Positions 1 to 10,268 of a stretch of DNA of 64,000 nt are shown here, piece after piece. The DNA lies in contig CM106585.1 of NCBI GenBank assembly GCA_048013815.1, positions 21,700,001 through 21,764,000 of the forward strand, read 5' to 3'. Origin of the DNA: Setoptus koraiensis. Lineage: Eukaryota; Animalia; Arthropoda. The translations under genes were made by a program, and so were the position numbers. How positions within the stretch are numbered: the stretch's first letter is position 1; each line of letters begins with the position of its first letter. Below the pieces are notes generated by a model. That model saw only the letters and a program-made list of their open reading frames with translations. It was not told the DNA's origin and did not search any database.

Positions 1-765
1 TGCAGTCATGATTTATGAGCACTTGAGCGCGTGAGCACAAGCGCTCGCTGGCAAGCTCGTGCGGGCGAGCTCGTGCCGGCGCATTGGCACAGTTAACAGA
101 CTTGTTAGGCGTCTGCTAGGTGCTAATACAAATCGCGTTATAAGCGCCCAGACACACGCTGCAGCCAATTGAAAGCTGGCTCCCGCTTGCCAGTTGTCGG
201 CACGCCGCGCCGGGCCGCTTGTCGCCCCGGAGTGGGGCCCCATTCTTTAATGCTTTATGCTAATCAAATTGATAATAACAGCGCCCCCTTGCTCAATATC
301 AATCTAAACATATCACTGGCGCCAGCATCGCCAAACAATCGATAAGTGCGTGAACGCAATTCGCAACGACAGCTCGTTAGACATTTTAGTTGGCGCAGTT
401 TACATTATACAGACTGTAATGATTAGAGAATATCAATCATGGAAGAGGCCACTCCACTGAGAGACAAAGGTCCAAACATTAAGTAAGCGTCGCCTTGGTC
501 GCTGCAGAAATACTTAATTAACGACGGGCATTCGCCACCAACGCTTTGCGCCGCTCACCCAAACTTGTAGGGCCGGCAATTCTTAATTATCAGTTGTACA
601 AGCTGTAAAATTAGTTGTGCACCCACTCCCATCTCCCCTGAGCTCACTTGAACCGCACCTTGTCTCCCACGAAACTCAGCCCTGAAAGCGAAACCACTTC
701 CGCGTAACACCGCGAAAACCTTTCGACGAAATTCCACTTTCGGAGTATCTTTTTTTCCGGGTGCC

Positions 766-813
766 AACTCTCAGCCAAAACTCTCAGCCAAAACTCTCAG
801 CCAAAACTCTCAG
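766..813. repeat. 13-bp tandem repeat (AACTCTCAGCCAA) x3.7
   Basis: Exact units at 766-778, 779-791 and 792-804, plus a partial unit at 805-813. Confidence 0.95.
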
Positions 814-845
814 AGGCCAACGATTCTGCACGTGAAAGGGCTCTC

Positions 846-966
846 CCTCCACATCCGTATGTAAATAAATATAAATCGTGTCCGCACAAGTGGATGTGCC
901 CGCATATACGGATAGGTGGATACGTCCGTAATACAGACTCCGTATGCGGATTTGTGGATATGTCCG
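846..966. repeat. Degenerate direct/inverted repeat patch built on GTGGATRYGTCCG / TCCGTATG
   Basis: Three copies of GTGGAT..GT/GCCCG (~890, ~916, ~954). TCCACATCCGTATG at the left end is loosely complementary to CGTATGCGGATTTGTGGA at the right end. Confidence 0.6.
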
Positions 967-2300
967 TGTGCCTATTTGTGGAGAAAAAGCGCATAGAGGA
1001 AGAGGCCAAAAGCGAATGAGATTTTAGCACGCGCAAAGGAGAGACACGCGCTGTCACTTCATCGCCAGGAAACACGTGCCAAGTTCCGTCCCGACAACCT
1101 CTGGCGGTGATGTCAGCAAGCTAGATCGCGAAGCCTTTTATTAACCATAAACCGTTTGCGCTCAATACTCGATCGAGCGCGCATACTTTGCATTGTGACA
1201 GCCAATCCAAAATGCAATTAAGTTTTTGTTTACTCACAAAACCGGCAGCTGACCGGTGTTGTGTTTTTGCAACGCCAGAAATATCCTTGTTAAATAGCCT
1301 TGTGATCACAATGGCCAGCAGATGACCACTGTCCACTGTCACCAAGCCAATTGTTGTCCGCCAATAATTGGTACCAACACTGGCCACTAGTCTTAGTCGT
1401 AGGAGTCGTTTTGTTGAGTTGTCCAGCCAGTGCTAATCTTAATCTTAATGTTACTGTTAATGTCAGCCTATTATACTGCATATGCATGTGACGTAACAGT
1501 GGCCCTTTATTATTATGTATGTATATACGACGCATTATAAGACGGATCATTAGCGCCGGCGAATCGGGGGCCCCCAAGCAGCGCATTGATTTCAATCGGT
1601 GCCCGTTCAATTTAAGCCAGCAAGTATCTAGAAGAGAGAGGGCGCTCATTGAGGCCAACATTTTGTTGCCATGAAATGAATGTGATTTAGCGGGCTCGCC
1701 GATTGCGCCAACGTTTTGTCAGCAGTGGCTCTGGAGAGAAACACAGCCCGATTTGTAAGCAGCGAGCCAACAGTGTCAAATCAAACTGTCTGTCCATGTT
1801 TATGCCGGCCATAACAGGCATCCGTGTTATGTTATGACGATGCGACTTTATGAAAGGCACTATTCACTCGGCTCGGGCCCCACGGAATTGTCGGGCGGGC
1901 GGGCGGGCAGACACTATTTCAGGCGAGCAAACAAACAAACGGACAGTGCGCGGATTTTGCTGTTTTATGTCCATCATGAGTCAGTGATCGATGATGAACA
2001 GCACGACGCCTCTCTCTCTCTCTCGTAGTTAGTCTGGTCTGTAGTTGAGAGGCCCGGTTTCGCTGTCGTTGTCGCTGTTGTGGCTGTTGGCTGGGTTGTT
2101 GCCGTTGGCTCGGTTGTTGCTGATGCCGTTGATTTGGTGGGTCATTGTTGGCGGGCTCGCGTGCCGGCCAGCGAGCTAGCTGGCGAGCGACTTATTACCA
2201 GCTCAACTGGCGAACTCAGCTCGCTGCTCAACTCAATTCAAACGATCCGACGTAACTCGCTGGTCATGTGATGTGTTCAACCACCATTTGTGTGAGCAAC

Positions 2301-2358
2301 GCAACAACAGCAGCAACAACAACGACAACGACAACAGCAACGACAACAACGACAACAC
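2301..2358. repeat. CAA/CAG/CGA triplet microsatellite
   Basis: Directly visible. Similar triplet tracts occur at 2448-2475, 2918-2990, 29808-29880 and 32222-32290. Confidence 0.9.
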
Positions 2359-3378
2359 TAGCACAGACTAACTAACGGACTCTGCGGCGTAGAGCGCCCA
2401 AAAGGCACTTTTATTTCTCCAGAGGGCCCCGATTACGCAATGGGGCGGTTGTTGTTGTTGTTGTTGTTGTCGTCGTTGAGTTTCGTTCAGTTGTTATGCG
2501 CCATTGTGTGTTGTTGTTGCTGTTGCTTATGTTTTTGTTTGTCCAACAGCGCAAACCGACCAGGGGCACACACGGGCACGCACACGAAAGTGTTTGCAAC
2601 GACAGCGAGCTAAAGATAGATGGCACAACCAGATATGTGGGCCGACTCGCGCTAGCTCGTGCCAGCGCGTGCAAGAGTGAGCGTTGGGGGCTGCGAGCGT
2701 GCGGGAGTGAGCCAAAACAGATACAACGGCCAGACTGAGCATAATCAAAAATCAAGACACAGATTACGCGACGACAGCGCAGTTTGCACAGTCACAGCAG
2801 CATTGTAGTTGCAGTTGAGTGTAAGTACGGGGCGCAACTATGATTATATAAGTGTAAGTGTATCAAGTATAAGTATATCGAGTATAAGTATGGGCTTGCT
2901 TGCGGGTGCGCGTGCGGCTACAACAACAGCAGCACCACCAGCACTAGCGACAACAACAACAGCGGCAGCAACAACAGCAGCAACAACAAGCAGTAGCACG
3001 GTGCTGGCAGTGAGTGTCTTAACGGAACAATCATTACGAGACGGTGCACCGCTGCCTGGCGAGAGATGGTATCGCACAATAACGACAAGTGAAATAGAGT
3101 TACATAACGCGATGGTGGCGCCACACGGGACACAACTTCATCTGTGTGTCCCATTGTCTATCTACACATACAATAATACATAACTTCAATATATATATAT
3201 TGAAGCGGATATTAATGATAATATTGTCTTGACCTTGCCAGCGATTTTGGGACAACTTTCAGCGCAATTGCTGCATGTCACTGCTGTATACTACGCTGTA
3301 TATACGCTGCGAATTGGGCCTCAACTAGCCAGCCAATTCCAAGTATATGTACGTCACACAGTCTGTGTGACACGCACT

Positions 3379-3450
3379 GTCACTATAGTCACTATAGTCA
3401 CTGTAGTCGCTGTAGTCACTGTAGTCACTGTAGTCACTAGAGTCTCTATA
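3379..3450. repeat. 9-bp tandem repeat (GTCACTRTA) x~8
   Basis: Units gtcactata, gtcactata, gtcactgta, gtcgctgta, gtcactgta, gtcactgta, gtcactaga, gtctctata. Confidence 0.95.
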
Positions 3451-3644
3451 GTATAGTGATATATGTCGTTACAGGTGACTGTGTAATCAATTCTATTCAA
3501 CTATCGCCACTAGTGGTCATCACGCACACTGTCCCAGTTAAGTTTGGGCCAATTTTAGTGCAAGTTGCAGCCACTAGAGAGAGAGAGGCAAACGTCAATT
3601 TTGGTTGCTTATTATTGTGCTCAAGTGTCTTGTTCACATGCATC

Positions 3645-3712
3645 AACATACAACCAACACACAACCAACGCGCAACCAACACACAACCAACACACAACCA
3701 GCATGCCAACCA
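3645..3712. repeat. 11-bp tandem repeat (CAACCAACACA) x~6, degenerate
   Basis: Directly visible. Confidence 0.85.
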
Positions 3713-5711
3713 AACAGCTTGATAACAAGCTCTGTGTACCTTGTTGTAATTTATTTTCTAGTGCTGCCTTGAGACCAGCTCACAATGGAGCAAGTCAGAA
3801 CAATAACAACACCAGAAATAGCTCCAGCGGCACAACACAACAATAGAGAGTGGCTAACACCAAAATGCGACCAACAACAATGGCACAATATATACAAAAT
3901 GTATTACTTGCTTTGGGGCACTTTGTATACATCACTCTGTATAGTGACACACTGATGACGTAACCCTGCAACGCAAGTCGCCTCGGGTTATGTCATCGCT
4001 GTTGTTGGCGACAAGCTGACAATGCAATGGGCTCATTGCAACCACCAGCGTGACACAAACAGAAAGACCGATTTAAAACTAATTAATTATTACGTTTGTT
4101 TGGTGCATGAGTTTTGCTTGTAACGGGCGAAACAACTGGCCCAACCCGATACAGATATTAACCAGTTACAACCAGAAATACATGTAATTAACCGGTGTGC
4201 CAATCCAATTTATTCCATCAGGCGTTACCTCGTGATTCCGTTCTTGTCGCAGTGTGGCGATTAGAGCGCCTGAGCTTAGGTTAATCTTGTGAACTCAATT
4301 GAGCTCACAAGATAACTCACCAGCAACTTACCTGTGTTCGCTTCAATGATCTCTCATACTGCATGTAGCAGCCTCAGATATCGAGCGCCATTTTAGGCGC
4401 CTCTTCAGACGGCTGTACCGGTATAGGGTGCATGGAAACACTTTTATCTCTTTACCTGTGTCTCAGCACAGCATTGGCCCGCATTGATGTAGCCCCGACA
4501 ACGAGTGGTTAAAATGAAAATTAATTTGCAACAACGACAACGATTTTCATGATTCAGACCATCACAATGACAACAACAACTCATGACTGCAACCACCAAA
4601 TGCAACCTGCTCAACACACAACAAATACTCGAATGCCTCGAGTACAAACGACAGACGCTGCAAAATGATGATGCAAAACTCACTATTGTCATGTACGGGC
4701 CCCATTAATAGCGCAATAGTATGTAATAGCGCGCCCGCATAATAGCGCATTTTGTTCTCACTGGCGCCCAATAGACAACAAACAGACCTTTAGTACCCAT
4801 GTACTAAATAAACTAATGCCCAAATGTTTGTGTGTCACTTGATTATCACAACAACCGTTGAGCCAACCCAGCACAAAATATACATGTAAATATATTTTTG
4901 GCAGCCATTATATTCGGCTGTAACCAGACTGCTCGGTTCGAGGCGCTTACCTGTCCATTGAGGGTCTGTTCCATTTACGGTGTGAGTGTCGCTGCCATAC
5001 GTGAGCGTGGGTACGTTTCGGTTGCTTTGTTGGCCCCTTGCTCAGCGATGCCCAGAAATGCATTGCAAAAAATTAGGCTGGCTGGTTGGTTGGTTGACAG
5101 AAACGAATAGACGACAGAAATGGTGGCACAAATATGGCACAGAGACTCTCTCAGTCAGAGAGGATCTGATGTGAATGAGATTGAAAAATTGATTTCTGTC
5201 CCGGCGACTGTCATATTATTGTCACAGGTATGACTCGCTTTGCATGCCATGGCCCGTTTAAAAGAATCTTGAGCCGTCGTAGCAAACAAAGAGTTCAGTT
5301 ATAGAGTTTGTGACCATGGCTATATTTGGATGCCGAAAAAGAGGCTGAAACCGTGAGATGCACTCATTAAAGTTGCTAAACATCAATTGGTCTGGTTACG
5401 TTATGGCTTCATTCTCATAATAAGACTATCTCTCTTTCTGTGCGCGCTTGCAGTCAGTTTAAATAACTTATAACTCATGAAAATGAACGACTGACTCGCC
5501 TCGCTCTGTCAACATCCACTTTCATTATTATTGCAAACACACCGGAAAAGTGACAAAACAAACACAAGCGACGATCCACTGCCACCTTGTCTGAACGGAA
5601 TGCATTGTCCAAACAAACGCTGATGCAGTGTGCCCAAGCCGAGCTGCCTGAGCTAGCTGCCAGTTTGCAGCGTCATGGCTTGGCGAAAATTGACGCTGAT
5701 GCCGAGCGACA

Positions 5712-5743
5712 CAAGTTTGCGCGTGCCAGCACGCGCAAACTTG
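5712..5743. repeat. Perfect 15-bp inverted repeat with 2-nt loop
   Basis: CAAGTTTGCGCGTGC-CA-GCACGCGCAAACTTG; the arms are exact reverse complements. Confidence 0.95.
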
Positions 5744-7049
5744 CTCTGGTTCGTCTAGTGACAGTACAGTTTATATTATTATACAATTTACGGTATTATA
5801 ATACTGTTATGCTCGCCCCCTCTTTGTTGGCCGGCAACGTCTGGCATGCACGCATTGTCAGTTGTGCCTGTTTGTGCTGGCTCAGACAAGTTGGCCCACA
5901 TTCTGACTTGCGGTTCGTCTCGCGCTGCTACCTAGCACGGCTACAATACTGATACATACGAGCTGTCTAACGGGCCTGTCACAAACAACACAAACTGCAC
6001 GTTCAAATTCTATCTTGCTCAACGGTGTCACTGTTTAAAACCAACACGACGGTCGGCCCTGTTTTGTTGCGCCAACAGGCGAGCGTCTAATATCTTTTTC
6101 ATGCAAAAGCACCCCCGACAACGCTGACTCGTTGCGTAATCTCCGGCCCTCTTCTATTACACCCACACATTGGCACACGAGCCATAAATCTAAATTTGTG
6201 CCGCCGACCAATCAGTGCACCTTGACCCCAATAAACGAAGCTGACAATGTCCACTGCTCGTGCCAGACAAACAAACAAACGAACGGGGCCAAATAAACAG
6301 GCACCAAGAAAAAAGATCCGGTCTGCATAAACACTTAGCTGCCGGTGTTCGCGCGCCAACTAACTCATATTATCTTTCTCACACACTCATAATACATCAT
6401 CTCATTACATAACAAACCCATCATGATGAGTTTTGTCAGTGCTAAGCTCATGCAAGTGTCCGATATCCGGTTGTTGCATCACTCGGTGGCTTATTGTTTG
6501 TTTGCATAGGCCGCACAGTTACACAGTGCAGTTTCAAGTGCTGTTTGCCAAATCAATGGCAGCGTGCACTGTGCCAATGTTGCACACTGTGCAGCAAAAT
6601 ATTTGAAAATTCAATCAGCTGTGTGTGGCGCAGATTGGTTGTTGTTGATGTTTGTGTGGTTGTCGTGGTGGTGGCCGTACACGGTGGTTGATGGATACAC
6701 ATTGGCACCACCGCACCATGCGTATCATTGGTATAGCTACAAAATGGGTGGATAGATGGATATTAATTAATATTATCATCACAAAAAACATTTTTTATTA
6801 ACATTGTTAGTGAATTTGGAGTATTTGTCACCACCTTTTACATGATAATATCGACAATTTTAACACAAACACACAACAGGCTGTACGCACAACAATTATT
6901 TCACCATCTTGTTATTCATCTCTGCCAATCGTTTCACTGCAACAACAATAACCACCAGATACAACAACTAAATCAACTACAGCAACAACCACAACAACCG
7001 ATTCACCCAATCTGTGTCTCACGCCAACAACAATATACAATATTCAAGC

Positions 7050-7628
7050 ATGGCCTCAGGCTCGGATAGAAACTCCATGGGCCCGCCAGGTCATCATCAA
7101 CATCAGCGCATCAGTGGTCACCATCATCAACAGCAGCATCTAATAACAACAACGATGCCGCAACCAGGCAATAGTTATATGAATCCCATCGGAACAACAA
7201 TCAACAATGGCGCCGCCAATAGTAGTAATCAATCATCCACATTGGCTAATATGCTACGCCCAAAGACTTTGAATAATATTCTCGCCAAGGCAAACACGGG
7301 CGGCGTCAAATGTACACTATTATTAAACAGAGAGGGCTCTTTATTGGCTTACGCCGGTGGAACTGATGAAGAGGCCATCACAACAGCCGCTTTAGCTAGT
7401 ACCATATGGAAAAATTTTGAAAAATATGGTAATTCGGCATTCCATGAAGATAAACTCAAATGCGCTGTCATTCAGTGCCAAGAGGCCAATCTGGTTGTCA
7501 GAAATTTGTCCACAGTGTTATTGTGCATCTACGCAAACCAAGATGTGCCATTGGGTATGCTCAAGAACAAGGCCAAGTGTCTTGCAGATTATATTGAAGA
7601 ACCCCTTGATAAGATTCTTAGGACTTGA
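7050..7628 (+). CDS. LAMTOR2: Ragulator complex protein LAMTOR2 (roadblock domain), single exon, with possible N-terminal H/Q/N-rich extension
   Basis: From ATG 7251 the ORF reads MLRPKTLNNILAKANTGGVKCTLLLNREGSLLAYAG...GMLKNKAKCLADYIEEPL, matching the LAMTOR2 signature (MLRPKALTQVLSQANTGGV...LLAYSG...GMLKAKAQAL..YLEEPL). The first in-frame ATG is at 7050; which start is used is uncertain. Confidence 0.95.
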   Translation: MASGSDRNSMGPPGHHQHQRISGHHHQQQHLITTTMPQPGNSYMNPIGTTINNGAANSSNQSSTLANMLRPKTLNNILAKANTGGVKCTLLLNREGSLLAYAGGTDEEAITTAALASTIWKNFEKYGNSAFHEDKLKCAVIQCQEANLVVRNLSTVLLCIYANQDVPLGMLKNKAKCLADYIEEPLDKILRT

Positions 7629-7654
7629 GTAAAGGTTATCGTTTTTTTTTTCAT

Positions 7655-8057
7655 TTAACATAAAGTCATATTCAACGAGGTTAACCGACAGTAGACCCCA
7701 TCGCTATTACCCTTTGCCAACAAGAATTCATCGCTGTCTACTCCAACTATCTTCAGCCTGCCCTGTTTATCGTCACCTATTTGATGTCTAGTATGAATCC
7801 GTCCAGGTGGCGAGCTCTGTTCGTTGTTCCTCTAACTCATGCCGTTTGTTTGTGTCTTGGCCAATACTATAGTATTTTTGGCATGTTGATTAGCGAGATT
7901 GAAAATGGATTACACAACATCTAAATATATATCTAAATATATCAAATATCGATATCTAAATATATATATAGCTGACGCAGTGATTTGGTCGTCAGCTTAG
8001 AGTTGTCTGTCCTCAAGTTGAAGGCCCACTGCTTTTGATCGTCGGATATTTGTCTCT
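7655..8057 (-). pseudogene. HLCS: Decayed, internally deleted copy of the biotin-protein ligase gene at 10269-11321
   Basis: Reverse-strand translation gives ...DVV*SIFNLANQHAKNTIVLAKTQTNGMS*RNNEQSSPPG|RIHTRHQIGDDKQGRLKIVGVDSDEFLLAKGNSDGVYCRLTSLNMTLC*. The C-terminal 47 aa are 37/47 identical to the intact gene by manual count. Lesions: two premature stops, a ~447-bp deletion (equivalent to ~10417-10863) and an ATCTAAATATAT repeat expansion at ~7917-7970. Confidence 0.95.
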
Positions 8058-8380
8058 AATTAAGCGTGGTTTTTTAGTTCGCACGGATTTCGTTTCCGCT
8101 GCGGTACGTCCGTATCGAATCTTCAGATCCAAGAGAGCACATGATGATATTTGAAGTGCGTGCCCAGCTATCGCCACTTGCAAACACACTTGTTTACCAC
8201 TTGTTCAAGTTGATCTCTTAAATCTTATCAACGTCAGCTGATCTTAGTAACAAGTGAGCCAAAAAGTTATCAACAGTGTCGATCTGGATAATACCAATAA
8301 ATAACAGTAACAATCATTCAGATATCAACTAGTTTAAAAGAAAATTCAAATTCAAATAAACGGATTATATTACATGTTTC

Positions 8381-10006
8381 ATGGTTAGTTATCAGAGACC
8401 TGAGTTACTTCAACAAGAAAAATGTCATTATATTATCAATAATCGTATATCCATATATCTCTTTTTGTTCTCCTGGGAGAAGGCTTTCATAGTGTCTGTG
8501 GCGAGAACTCCCATTGGAACGTTCTCCAGCGGTGCCTTGAATTCTCTTAGGGCCACACAATTGGGATCTATAGCGATTCGTGGTGCTCTAGATAGAGTGC
8601 AAATCAAGTATGAAGAAGTGCAAGAGGTATTCTTTGGCCAAGTTCTCCAAGCGGGAGCCGGTCAGGCGCCGGCTAGACAGGCCGCCTTGCACGCGGGCCT
8701 ATCTAAGTCAGTCATATGTTCAACCATCAATAAAGTTTGCGCCTCAGGTATGAAAGCCATAATGCTGGGAGCTCAATCTATCCAATTGGGCAGCATGGAT
8801 GTTGTTGTGGCTGGCGGCATGGAGTCCATGTCTCATGTGCCGAGATTTATGTCTAGAAACGTGCCAGCATATGGAAATGTAGAACTACTGGACGGAATAT
8901 TGTTAGATGGTTTGACGGACGCATACGACAAGTGTCACATGGGTATCTGTGCTGAGAACACGGCTGAAAAATTGAAAATAACCAGAGACCAACAGGATGA
9001 ATACGCTGAGGCCAGTTACAAACGAGCCAATGAAGCCAACAAATCAGGCATTTTAGCCAAAGAGATTGTTCCTGTTGAATTGTTACACAAAAAGGGCCAA
9101 CAAACCACAATTTTTGCTGAGGATGAAGAATTTAAAAAAGTTGACTTGTCCAAGCTCAAAAAGTTGAGGCCAGCTTTTAAAAATGACGGCACAGTTACGG
9201 CAGGCAATGCTAGCACTCTGAATGACGGAGCCGCTGCAACTCTATTAATGTCGGAATCTGCCATACAAAGACTTAATATCAAACCTTTAGCGCAGATTGT
9301 CGCATTCGCCGATGCCGCTTGTGATCCAATAGATTTTCCTTTGGCCCCCGCCCACGCTATTCCAAAAGTAGGTACTCTGATTGATCAGCTTTACTGTCTG
9401 ATGAATTTGCCTCACCACTCTAACTATTTGTGATCAAATATTAGCGAGTCGATGAATGATAATCAAAATGCTTTCTTCCCTCAACAAGGTATTGAAATTA
9501 GCTAAAATAACTGAGAATGATGTATCAATGTGGGAAATCAATGAAGCCTTCAGCACAGTTGTTTTGGCAAACATGAAACTTTTAAAACTTGATCATTCCA
9601 AAGTGAATATAAATGGTGGAGCAGTCAGCCTCGGTCATCCCATTGGGTAAGTACAAATCCAATAACTCACATTAATCCTTTATTAGAGCTGCCCATTGAC
9701 TATTGTGCATTTCTTTTGACAACAATCTTTTCTCTAATACTGTGTTACAATGACGCATTTGACAAACAAAAAACTTTATACAGGATGTCTGGAGCGCGCA
9801 TAGTAAATAGCTTGGCCCTGCATTTGAAACCTGGTCAATTTGGATGTGCAAGTAAGTATAGTATCTCAGATGAATGAAAATGATAATTATCATCAACCAA
9901 AGAATCCTTTAATCCAGCGTTTCGGTTTGTTTTCTTAACAATCTACTCCATAGGTATCTGTAATGGTGGCGGAGGAGCTAGTGCCATAGTGATAAAACGT
10001 TTATAA
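8381..10006 (+). CDS. ACAT1: Acetyl-CoA acetyltransferase (ACAT1/T2-type thiolase); exons 8381-8383(?), 8483-9367, 9489-9646, 9784-9851, 9954-10006; ~388 aa
   Basis: Thiolase motifs NKVCASG (catalytic Cys), NEAF, GHPIG (His) and [10 protein letters not shown] (Cys). GT-AG introns 9368-9488, 9647-9783 and 9852-9953 restore a continuous frame. The 5' end is uncertain: ATG|GTTAGT...AAG, 99-nt intron, with a GAG/AAG tandem acceptor. Confidence 0.93.
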
Positions 10007-10184
10007 ACACTGCGCGATACTTTCCATTGTACCGTATGAACGTAGAACAAATAAAATCTGTGTCTTTGATATTCTCTCTCATTCACCAATTCGTTTACCA
10101 GTATATACTAAATCTGTAGAACCTGCTCTTGTGGCGCCTGGAGTGAAGCACAATCATTGATAATAGGTCTCAATATGCATTGTG

Positions 10185-10240
10185 AATGTCCTTGGCTCCC
10201 ATATATTGAAGGAATCCTCCATGAGATTCAAAGGACCCGG
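10185..10240 (+). pseudogene. LAMTOR2: Remnant of the LAMTOR2 3' end
   Basis: 10202-10240 aligns codon-for-codon without indels to the last 13 codons of LAMTOR2 (YIEEPLDKILRT* vs YIEGILHEIQRTR). It is followed by the same AAAGGTTATCGTTTTT spacer seen at 7631-7646. Confidence 0.8.
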
Positions 10241-10255
10241 ACAAAGGTTATCGTT

Positions 10256-10261
10256 TTTATT
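10256..10261 (-). terminator. Candidate AATAAA polyadenylation signal of the intact HLCS gene
   Basis: TTTATT on + (AATAAA on -) lies within 10 nt of the HLCS stop. The equivalent site in the pseudogene copy (7641-7651) is a pure T run. Confidence 0.5.
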
Positions 10262-10268
10262 TTTTCAT

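Noticed and set aside
2411-3846. Overlapping ORFs rich in T/V/L/Q
   Set aside because: Translations of CAA/GTT microsatellites and 9-11-bp tandem repeats; no family features.
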